A stretch of 64,000 bases of DNA from Gammaproteobacteria bacterium (GCA_011321815.1 DROS01000019.1:4118-68117), one strand, 5' to 3'. Positions 1 through 8,304 are shown, counted from the stretch's first letter. A program made the numbers and translations. The notes: generated by a model not told the origin, from the sequence alone.

Positions 1-106
1 TCAGTGTTTATGAACGTTTTTTTTCTTTTTGGCGCCATGCTCATGTACCTTTGTTGTACCTGTTGCTGTTTAGTGGTGTGGTGCATGTGATTGCTGTGCA
101 TATGTA

Positions 107-1741
107 TTGAATGGCATGTTTTTACCAAGGATAATTTTTGTTGTCGGGGTAATGCTGTTTATCGCTGTACTGAACTACGTGCAGGCGGGAATGCTGGATT
201 CGATGGAGAAGGCGTTAATGCCGGGTGAACTTTCCGCAGCTCATGCCCGGTTTGAAAATAATTGCACAGATTGCCACAAATTATTCGGACAGGAACAACA
301 AAACCGCTTATGCCTGGATTGTCATGATCATAAAAATATCGCTGGAGATATTAAAAACGGAAGGGGATATCACGGGCGTATTCCTGATGTAAAAAACAAG
401 GAATGTCGTGTTTGTCATTCAGAACACAAAGGACGGCAGTATTCCATCGTGCTACTGGATAAACAGGCTTTTGACCATCGTTTAACCGATTTTCCCCTGC
501 GTGGACGACATGGTGATGCACCCTGTCAGGCTTGCCATAAAAACAATAAAAAAACCGGTAAAGCAAAACCTTATCACCAGGCGCCGAAACAATGTGTCAA
601 GTGTCACAAACCTGATGATGCGCATGATGGACGCCTGGGAAAACAGTGCGGTAGTTGCCATACACAAATGCGCTGGCAGAATTTTCGCTTTGATCATGCG
701 ACGACCAAGTTCAAGTTAAAAGGAAAACACAAAGGTGTGGAATGCCGTTTATGTCACCCGCAAGAACGTTACAGTGGTGTGCCCGGAAAATGTGTTGCCT
801 GTCACAAAGGTGATGATAAACACAAAGGGCGCTATGGTAAAAAATGTCAGGACTGTCACTCAGTATCTGGCTGGGGAAGCCAGAAATTTGATCACAACAA
901 GGATACGGACTATCCGCTGAAGGGGCGACACATGTCGGTGACCTGCCAGCAGTGCCATCGCAGCGAAGGCTTTAAAGTCTATGTGAAGGAAAACACGAAG
1001 AAGAAAAATAAAAAATCAACTACGGATTGTTATGCCTGTCACCGTTTACAGGACGAACACAAAGGGCAATACGGGCGTAAATGTCACGCTTGCCACACGG
1101 TGAAAGCCTGGAATAAATCTACGTTTGACCATAAAAAAACAGATTTCCCGCTGAAGGGAAAACATAAAAAAGTGGCCTGCGGTGATTGTCACCCGGGTGT
1201 GCTTTATGAAGAAAATTTAAAAACGGACTGTTTTTCCTGCCATCGACAGGACGATGTACATCATGAAAAACAGGGGAAAAAATGCCAGGAATGTCACAAT
1301 GAAGAAGGTTGGCGGCATAACGTTAATTTTGATCATGATTTGGTGAAATTCCCATTATTGGGTGCCCATGTAGCACTGGCATGCGAAGAGTGCCACGATT
1401 CCGGAAGTTTTAAGGACACCAAAGCATCGTGTTTAGCGTGTCATAAGGGCAATGATGTACACGAGCGCAGTCTGGGAGCGCAATGTGATGTGTGTCATTA
1501 CGTGGGCGACTGGAAGGCCTGGGAGTTTGATCATGATAAACAGACAGATTTTGAGCTGGAAGGTAAACACAAAGGCATTGTCTGTAAGGCCTGCCACCGG
1601 GAACCTGTGAAGAACGAGATGGATATGCCCAATGATTGTCAGGATTGCCATTTGCAGGATGACGCACATGACGGAGAGTTTGGGCGTCGCTGCCAGCGTT
1701 GCCACAATACGGAATCTTTCTCTGAAATAAATATGCGGTAA
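107..1741 (+). CDS. Secreted multihaem c-type cytochrome with 21 CXXCH motifs, built from repeated c7-like triads (FDH..CxxCH / CxxCH / DxHDGxxGxxCxxCH). It has an N-terminal signal-anchor helix. The true start may be the ATG at 116.
   Basis: I counted 21 CXXCH motifs in the translation. They fall into a periodic three-haem pattern with extra conserved His, like polymerised cytochrome c7. The N-terminus MFLPRIIFVVGVMLFIAVLNYVQA is hydrophobic. Coordinate 107 is a TTG and an ATG lies at 116. Confidence 0.85.
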   Translation: MNGMFLPRIIFVVGVMLFIAVLNYVQAGMLDSMEKALMPGELSAAHARFENNCTDCHKLFGQEQQNRLCLDCHDHKNIAGDIKNGRGYHGRIPDVKNKECRVCHSEHKGRQYSIVLLDKQAFDHRLTDFPLRGRHGDAPCQACHKNNKKTGKAKPYHQAPKQCVKCHKPDDAHDGRLGKQCGSCHTQMRWQNFRFDHATTKFKLKGKHKGVECRLCHPQERYSGVPGKCVACHKGDDKHKGRYGKKCQDCHSVSGWGSQKFDHNKDTDYPLKGRHMSVTCQQCHRSEGFKVYVKENTKKKNKKSTTDCYACHRLQDEHKGQYGRKCHACHTVKAWNKSTFDHKKTDFPLKGKHKKVACGDCHPGVLYEENLKTDCFSCHRQDDVHHEKQGKKCQECHNEEGWRHNVNFDHDLVKFPLLGAHVALACEECHDSGSFKDTKASCLACHKGNDVHERSLGAQCDVCHYVGDWKAWEFDHDKQTDFELEGKHKGIVCKACHREPVKNEMDMPNDCQDCHLQDDAHDGEFGRRCQRCHNTESFSEINMR

Positions 1742-1789
1742 TTACTTGCCTGGTTGATATGCAGAATTGGAAACATTAAAGGTGACGGG

Positions 1790-4048
1790 ATGAAAATCAG
1801 GAATTGTTTAACACAGCATGTGTTGCTGCTGGTTACTTTGTGGTTGCTATTGCCTGCATTGAGCATGGCTGCGCCAAAACAGGATTTTGACCATTTTGAG
1901 ACGGGCTTTCCCTTGTCCGGCCAGCATCAGACGGTGCCTTGCGCCGCCTGTCACTTGCGTGGAGTCTTCAAGGGAACGCCATTGACCTGCAACGGTTGCC
2001 ATAATGGTTCCATTGCACCCGGCAAGCCGGATCGGCATATCGCCAACACAGAGACTTGTGATGATTGTCATACCATCTTTGCCTGGCAGGCTGCGGCTAT
2101 GGATCATTCGTCTGTGACAGGTTCATGTACGCAATGCCACAATACCCGTTTGTCTGCGCAGCATATTCAAACCCGTGCCCAGTGTGATGAATGTCATGGC
2201 ACAGTGGGTTGGTTGCCTGCGAGATTTACGCATGATGCTGTATCGAAAAATTGCAGCAATTGCCATAATGGGATAACAGCAAAGGGAAAATCCGCGAACC
2301 ACATTCAGACAGCGGAGCAGTGTGATGGCTGTCATAACACTGTGGCCTGGTTACCCGCCCGCTTTGATCACGGAAGTGCGACGGGTTCATGCAGTAGTTG
2401 CCATAATGGAACGACGGCGACCGGGAAACACAGTGCTCATGTGACAACTTCAGGCGAGTGCGAACTTTGCCATGCGACGACAGCCTGGTTGCCTGCAACC
2501 TTTAATCACAGCTCATTCAGTGGCGCCTGCAACAGCTGTCATAACGGCGTGACGGCTACCGGTAAATCCGGCCGTCATTTACAAACCACATCTGATTGTG
2601 TTGATTGCCACAGCACCAATGCCTGGTTACCGGCAAATTTCTCACATGATGGCATTACGGGAACATGCAGTTCTTGCCATGACGGTGGTATTACGTCGGG
2701 TAAATCAAGTAATCATATTCAAACCACTGGCGAATGCGACGTGTGTCACAGCACGAATGCCTGGTTACCCACCCGCTTTGATCACGGCAGTGCGACGGGT
2801 TCATGCAGTAGTTGCCACAATGGAACGACGGCGACCGGGAAACACAGTGCTCATGTGACGACTTCAGGCGAGTGTGAACTTTGCCACAGCACGAATGCCT
2901 GGTTACCCGCCCGTTTTGATCACGGCAGCGCGACGGGTTCATGCAGCAGTTGCCATAATGGAACGACGGCGACCGGGAAACACAGCGCCCATGTGACGAC
3001 TTCAGGCGAGTGTGAACTTTGCCACAGCACGAGTGCCTGGTTACCCGCCCGCTTTGATCACGGCAGTGCGACGGGTTCATGCAGTAGTTGCCATAATGGA
3101 ACGACGGCGACCGGGAAACACAGTGCTCATGTGACAACTTCAGGCGAGTGTGAACTTTGCCACACGACGACAGCCTGGTTGCCCGCAACTTTTGATCACA
3201 ACTCGTTCAATGGCGCCTGCAACAGCTGCCACAACGGTGTGACGGCTACCGGTAAATCCGGCCGTCATTTACAAACTACATCTGATTGTGTTGATTGCCA
3301 CAGCACCAATGCCTGGTTACCGGCAAATTTCTCACATGATGGTATTACCGGAAGGTGCAGCTCTTGTCATGATGGTGGTGTTGCGCTGGGCAAATCCGGC
3401 ACTCACATTCAAACCACTGGTGAGTGTGATGTCTGTCATGGTACCAATGCCTGGTTGCCTGCCCGCTTTGATCATGGCAGTGCGACAGGTTCATGCAGTA
3501 GTTGCCATAATGGAACGACGGCGACCGGGAAACACAATAACCATGTGACGACTTCCGGGGAATGTGGAGTTTGTCATACAACAACGGCGTGGTTGCCTGC
3601 AATCTTCGATCATGATTCATCAAGCGGCCTTTGTAACAGTTGCCACAATGGAGTGACGGCAACGGGCAAGGCCGATAATCATTTCATTTCATCCAGGCAA
3701 TGTGACGAATGCCATACTACACAGAGCTGGACATCGGTACGCTATAACCATGTGGCGATCGGCTACCCAGGTGGCCATAATGGTTTGTCATGCAATGGAT
3801 GTCACAAAGGAAACAGCGAATCTTCAGTCTGGGAAAATCCTGGCTACAAACCTGATTGTGCAGGTTGCCATGCGGATGACTGGGAAAGTGATGAACATAA
3901 AAAAACGAAAAATCCACGCACCATTTTTTATACCATCAGTGAATTGCGTGATTGTTCATCATCATGTCATGAGTACACGGACAACACGTTCACGACTATT
4001 AAAAAGAGACGTAACAGAGAACATAGCCCGAATGGCGGAGATTTTTAA
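1790..4048 (+). CDS. Secreted giant multihaem c-type cytochrome with about 29 CXXCH plus one CX3CH. It is made of about 14 tandem 46-aa di-haem modules. The signal peptide is MKIRNCLTQHVLLLVTLWLLLPALSMA.
   Basis: The ORF track starts at a TTG at 1754. An ATG at 1790 is preceded by AGGTGA and followed by a classic Sec signal peptide. The translation is a string of modules WLPxxF[DNS]H-x5-CxxCHNGxTAxGKxxxH[IV]xTxxxCxxCHxTxA. Confidence 0.85.
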   Translation: MKIRNCLTQHVLLLVTLWLLLPALSMAAPKQDFDHFETGFPLSGQHQTVPCAACHLRGVFKGTPLTCNGCHNGSIAPGKPDRHIANTETCDDCHTIFAWQAAAMDHSSVTGSCTQCHNTRLSAQHIQTRAQCDECHGTVGWLPARFTHDAVSKNCSNCHNGITAKGKSANHIQTAEQCDGCHNTVAWLPARFDHGSATGSCSSCHNGTTATGKHSAHVTTSGECELCHATTAWLPATFNHSSFSGACNSCHNGVTATGKSGRHLQTTSDCVDCHSTNAWLPANFSHDGITGTCSSCHDGGITSGKSSNHIQTTGECDVCHSTNAWLPTRFDHGSATGSCSSCHNGTTATGKHSAHVTTSGECELCHSTNAWLPARFDHGSATGSCSSCHNGTTATGKHSAHVTTSGECELCHSTSAWLPARFDHGSATGSCSSCHNGTTATGKHSAHVTTSGECELCHTTTAWLPATFDHNSFNGACNSCHNGVTATGKSGRHLQTTSDCVDCHSTNAWLPANFSHDGITGRCSSCHDGGVALGKSGTHIQTTGECDVCHGTNAWLPARFDHGSATGSCSSCHNGTTATGKHNNHVTTSGECGVCHTTTAWLPAIFDHDSSSGLCNSCHNGVTATGKADNHFISSRQCDECHTTQSWTSVRYNHVAIGYPGGHNGLSCNGCHKGNSESSVWENPGYKPDCAGCHADDWESDEHKKTKNPRTIFYTISELRDCSSSCHEYTDNTFTTIKKRRNREHSPNGGDF
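2348..3727. repeat. Intragenic tandem array of ten 138-bp units, each encoding one 46-aa di-haem module. There are three variants, A, B and C. Units at 2762-2899, 2900-3037 and 3038-3175 are near-identical. The 414-bp block A-B-C at 2348-2761 is duplicated at 3038-3451.
   Basis: Direct reading of the sequence. The string tggttacccgcccgctttgatcacggcagtgcgacgggttcatgcagtagttgccataatggaacgacggcgaccgggaaacacagtgctcatgtgac recurs with only a few substitutions. Confidence 0.8.
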
Positions 4049-4079
4049 GCTTGTCCAAAACTGTAAAAAATAGAATGCA

Positions 4080-6170
4080 ATGAGAGGTTTTCGGTTTTGG
4101 TGTCAGGTGATGGGAGTATACTTCGCAGTATCTTCCCAGGTCTGGGCATTGCCAAATCAATCACTGGAAAGTATTGAATATCTGACTCATCAAGGGATGG
4201 CTGCGATAGAAATTGGTTTTGCCCAACCAGTGATTTACATGTCGAATTTTCCGCTGGAATCTGGTGCAACGCTACAAATTTTTATCGGGCCGCGCACTGC
4301 TGTGGATGTCGATGTGGATAAGCTTCCTTATACCCAGGCGATGCGCGCACCAGATTCCGGTGAGATACCGCTGCGGCAAGTGACATTCCATATTAACGAA
4401 GCCGGTGAAACCTCCATTGTTGTGGATTTTAAGCGGGTGGTGAATTTTACGATATCGGCTGGTCGTCGTTTTAACACGTTGATGATTGTTTTTCCGGAAT
4501 TGAGAATCACGCAGGCGGTACCGTTGAAAAAAGCACGTACTGTGGAGATAGTTGACAGCAAAGCTTTCAGGTTGCTGGTGTCGGGGCGCAAGGCTCTCAA
4601 GCAGCATAAAAACAAAATGGCTATTCGTATTTTTACCGGGATGCTGGAATTGCCCGAAAGCCCGGAACGACAGGAGGCAATGGAATTGTTGGGAGTGGCA
4701 CGGGAACGCAACCAGCAAAAGGCACATGCCAGGGCCATGTATCAGGAATACCTGAAGCAATACCCAAAGAGTGAAGGCGCGGCACGGGTCAAACAGCGGT
4801 TACAGGATTTATTGCATGCACAGTTAAAACCCCGGGCGAAACTGAAACCCATCAAGAAATCAAAGGACAGAAAAACTACTTCACGTATCTATGGCAGCTT
4901 TGCCCAGTATTATTATCATGGTGAAAATAGCGTTGAAAATGCCGGTAGCTCGGTGGATCAATCCTTGTTATTGAATCAATTGTCTGTTAATTGGCGTATT
5001 CGTAATGCCGACTATGATATTCGCAACTTTGTTTACACCAACCAGAGTTATGACTTTTCCAGTGAGACAGGTAAGGCAGTGACTCTGGAGACGGCGTATA
5101 GTCAATTTAAAAACAGCCGCTGGGGTTTTTCGGGTCGTGCTGGTCGGCAAACCGGCTCCGGCGGTGGCGTGTTGGGTAAGTTTGACGGATTACGCGCCAG
5201 TTATGATGCTACACGAAGAATCGCTGTGAATGCTGTGGCGGGCTATCCTGTCAATATCAGTGACAAACGCAGTATTCAATCACAAAAACCTTTTTGGGGA
5301 ATCGGCTTTGAATGGGATGGTGAGGGCAAAGGTGTTGATATCCTACCTTATTATATCCAACAGAAGGTAGATGGCATTATTGACCGTGAGGCTATTGGTA
5401 GCGAATTCAGATTTTTTCATGAACAAGGGAATTTTTACGGACTTATTGACTATGATATTCATTATGCGGACCTGAATATTTATCTTTTTCGTGGCCAATA
5501 TAATTGGCGAAAAAATACGATTTTTAACCTGAATCTTGATTATCGAAACAGCCCTTTATTGTTTACCTCTCATGCCTTGATTGGGCGTACGGATGTGTCG
5601 AGCATTGGTGAGTTACTGAATGTGCATAGTGAACGCAGTATTAATGAATTAGCAGAAAGCCGTGTGGGTGATTCAAGTACATTTTCATTGGGCGTGAGCC
5701 ATACCTTAAGTACACGTTATCAACTTAATGCAGACCTGACATTTGCCAGACAGAATTTTATCATCGACGGTGTCACGCCGGGCGTTTTAATCAGTGAGAA
5801 TGACCAGCAAATTTATTTTTCCGGTCAGCTTATTGCCAACAAATGGTTTAATGATCGTGATACCAGTGTGCTGGGTATGCGTCTCTCGCAGACCGGTAGC
5901 TATGATGAACTTTCGTTATCCGCCTCTAACCGGTTACTGTTGAACAATAAATGGAAATTCGACACCCGAATGCGCGTTGATTTACGTCAAGGTAATTCAG
6001 GTGAAGATTTAACCAGATACCGTCCTTCAGTGAAATGGAATTTCCGTCACAATCAGACGATGTATTACGAAACGGAAATTGGTGTGGAATGGTGGCGTTA
6101 TGGTGGCGATTCCAATAATCCTGATTTTCGACGGTTGTTTGCTAACGTAGGTTATCGCTGGGATTTTTGA
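4080..6170 (+). CDS. Outer-membrane beta-barrel protein of 696 aa. The N-terminal ~250 aa form a periplasmic, partly helical TPR-like region. The C-terminal part is a large beta-barrel ending in the beta-signal ...NVGYRWDF. It is a candidate porin or translocon partner of the two cytochromes.
   Basis: The signal peptide is MRGFRFWCQVMGVYFAVSSQVWA. The C-terminal 450 aa are rich in alternating aromatic/hydrophilic dyads and in Asn, Tyr and Gly. The protein ends in a terminal Phe with an x-Y-x-W-x-F pattern. The gene lies immediately downstream of the cytochromes, 32 nt away. Confidence 0.6.
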   Translation: MRGFRFWCQVMGVYFAVSSQVWALPNQSLESIEYLTHQGMAAIEIGFAQPVIYMSNFPLESGATLQIFIGPRTAVDVDVDKLPYTQAMRAPDSGEIPLRQVTFHINEAGETSIVVDFKRVVNFTISAGRRFNTLMIVFPELRITQAVPLKKARTVEIVDSKAFRLLVSGRKALKQHKNKMAIRIFTGMLELPESPERQEAMELLGVARERNQQKAHARAMYQEYLKQYPKSEGAARVKQRLQDLLHAQLKPRAKLKPIKKSKDRKTTSRIYGSFAQYYYHGENSVENAGSSVDQSLLLNQLSVNWRIRNADYDIRNFVYTNQSYDFSSETGKAVTLETAYSQFKNSRWGFSGRAGRQTGSGGGVLGKFDGLRASYDATRRIAVNAVAGYPVNISDKRSIQSQKPFWGIGFEWDGEGKGVDILPYYIQQKVDGIIDREAIGSEFRFFHEQGNFYGLIDYDIHYADLNIYLFRGQYNWRKNTIFNLNLDYRNSPLLFTSHALIGRTDVSSIGELLNVHSERSINELAESRVGDSSTFSLGVSHTLSTRYQLNADLTFARQNFIIDGVTPGVLISENDQQIYFSGQLIANKWFNDRDTSVLGMRLSQTGSYDELSLSASNRLLLNNKWKFDTRMRVDLRQGNSGEDLTRYRPSVKWNFRHNQTMYYETEIGVEWWRYGGDSNNPDFRRLFANVGYRWDF

Positions 6171-7143
6171 AGTGCCCGATATTTTTGAAACTTGCATTTA
6201 CTTGGAATATGGCGATATGACATTCAGTTTTGACGGATGGTTTGTTTTTCCCAATAGCCGGAATTCGTGAAGCGAGGTGGTAACCGGTGCCTGACTGTGA
6301 GCGGGAATGAAACCCACGAGTTCTTGACCATCACAGGTTTTTTCTGCCTGGATGATGATTCCTGGCGTTTCTTCATTGTTACTTTTGTTGATGTGTAATG
6401 CGTATTGTGGAATCTCTATTTCCAGTGGCGTGCTTAATGTCTCATTTCCTGACTTCAGCAAAAATGTAGCTTTTCCTTCCATGAGGTCTTGTTCTGTCGC
6501 CGTACGCCCGGTAACAAACTTGCAACTATTCAGGTCAGGCCATTTCATTTGTATTCTCTTTGTAGATAGGGATGTGCATGAAATAATTTTTGGGTTGTTT
6601 GGATACACTGTAGATTTTTTACCAAGGGCCAACAAGCGCTGAATACCACTATTGATATGGGGGTTTATGGCTGTGCGGTTCAGTATTTGGTTTTTTATCT
6701 TATATTTTTATGTCTTCAGATATTTCATGCGTTAAATGCCATTAGTGCTGGTAATACAGGCATTATTTTCAATTTTATGTTTCCCGTCATCCTTGGGGTT
6801 GACTTTCAGCACTTGTTGGTTAGTCAGGGTTATTGCTGGAATTGTTAGGGTGATTCCTGTTGGATTGTATTTGCTATTGCGTACTCTTTTTCATCATTTT
6901 TCACTTTAACCTAAATTAATCAGGTGAACGTGCATGAAATAATCTGTGCATTCCGCCTTGTCTTTTTATTCCTGGCCGAACGATTGAAACTGCTCGGCCA
7001 GTACAAAATCCAGCGTCATATTTGTTCAAATTATTCCGTGCATGCGCCTAAAGAGTGTACAGGGTCGGACGATAACGGATTTGCTGACGGTGCAGCTTTG
7101 CACTTTGGCAATTAATTTCAAAACGCTTTGAGGGGACAGATTT

Positions 7144-7338
7144 GTGAACAAACAGGAGTATGGTCGTGCGATTGGTTCGCACCTGGGAAAACCCATTTAT
7201 GAATCTTTTAAAGATCAGGGTGTGACGTATATTTTTGATCGGGTGGCGCAGTGTGATACGGAAGGTTGTCCACTGGACCAGGTCAAACCGGGTGAGTTGC
7301 TGGTGAATCCGGGTTTGATTTACAGACAGGCATCCTGA
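7144..7338 (+). CDS. Small hypothetical protein of 64 aa with a GTG start.
   Basis: The ORF has AGGGGA seven nt upstream and a hairpin downstream. I recognise no domain. Confidence 0.25.
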   Translation: MNKQEYGRAIGSHLGKPIYESFKDQGVTYIFDRVAQCDTEGCPLDQVKPGELLVNPGLIYRQAS

Positions 7339-7363
7339 TTTTAAAAAAACAACAACAATGAAA

Positions 7364-7399
7364 GGCCGGCCACGGTTTTTTCGTGGTCGGCGGCAGCTT
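7364..7399. terminator. Hairpin (ccggccacg / gtttttt / cgtggtcgg) between two convergent genes. It could act as a terminator in either direction.
   Basis: The inverted repeat is visible in the sequence. The T-run is weak, so the call is tentative. Confidence 0.3.
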
Positions 7400-7421
7400 T
7401 TCAATCAGGTTTTTTCGTGAT

Positions 7422-8078
7422 TTACTTGGCAAGTTGCATCAGTTGATTTGCTTTTTCTTTACTCAACCACTTCCAGGGTAACGGAATCAGTCCGGGTACC
7501 TGTCGGCAGTATTCCTCATAGACTTCTCCGTAATGCGCAACCAGTTTGCGTTCCTCCATATGTGAGCCGATCACAAAATAAGCGCTGATCAGGCTGTATA
7601 CAACCAGTTGGACAAGATGCAGGTCTTGCGTCCACAAAATAACCAAAAAAAAGGAATACCAGGGATGGCGCACAAAACGGTGCAGGGTAGAGATGTGCAG
7701 GGCGTCGGGGTCAGTGCTGTCTGTGTGCCGGTTGCGCCACTGGGTGATTCCCAGAAAGACTCCGTTATCGTAGGATTTCAGTGACCAGACAAAGCCAAGT
7801 ATGGCTGCAACCATTAACCCTTTCATCAACCAGCCTGCCAGTCCCGGCCATTGCCAGACCAATGGCCCCGGATTCTGGTGCATAAACCAGAGCAGGGGGA
7901 TCAGCAGGATCACCGCGAGAATATTATATGCAAGCCGATAGGCGGGCATTAATCCGGGCCATGTGTGCTGTACCCAACGTTTGAACCACAATGATGCCAG
8001 CAGGGAATGCAGTACAAAATAGGCGATGAAGCTAATCCCCAGAGGAACCAGGGACCAGAGGATGTCGTTATCTGTCAT
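7422..8078 (-). CDS. Integral-membrane methyltransferase of the ICMT/PEMT (isoprenylcysteine carboxyl / phospholipid methyltransferase) family.
   Basis: The protein has multiple transmembrane helices. Its C-terminal motif is RHPWYSFF...EE..L...YG..Y..Y...VP..IP, typical of this family. I placed the start at an internal Met (MTDNDILW); the ORF track extends to 8150. Confidence 0.55.
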   Translation of the reverse strand: MTDNDILWSLVPLGISFIAYFVLHSLLASLWFKRWVQHTWPGLMPAYRLAYNILAVILLIPLLWFMHQNPGPLVWQWPGLAGWLMKGLMVAAILGFVWSLKSYDNGVFLGITQWRNRHTDSTDPDALHISTLHRFVRHPWYSFFLVILWTQDLHLVQLVVYSLISAYFVIGSHMEERKLVAHYGEVYEEYCRQVPGLIPLPWKWLSKEKANQLMQLAK

Positions 8079-8304
8079 AAGTGTAGATATTTGATTTTTG
8101 TGAGCAATAGTCGATACTTGGCGTGGTCGCCGCTTCAGAATGACAAGCACATATACCTGTCGCGTTCGAAGTTTGGGCCTTTAGAGGGTGCCCTGTTTAT
8201 TTTCGTGCAGCTATGAAATGACGAGGGTATGCAATAAAGCCGAAATCTCAAATGCTACGGGTATAGTATACAAACAACAGCATAACAGTATAAAGGTGAA
8301 TACA

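Noticed and set aside
2691-3188. A 165-aa minus-strand ORF with its own internal periodicity (SHEHCVSRSPSFHYGNYCMNPSH repeated).
   Set aside because: It lies entirely antisense to the tandem-repeat region of the cytochrome gene. Its periodicity simply mirrors the 138-bp DNA repeats. There is no independent support.
6198-6635. A 145-aa minus-strand ORF in the AT-rich spacer.
   Set aside because: I recognise no motif and see no clear start or RBS context. It is overlapped by an equally long plus-strand ORF, so I left it uncalled.
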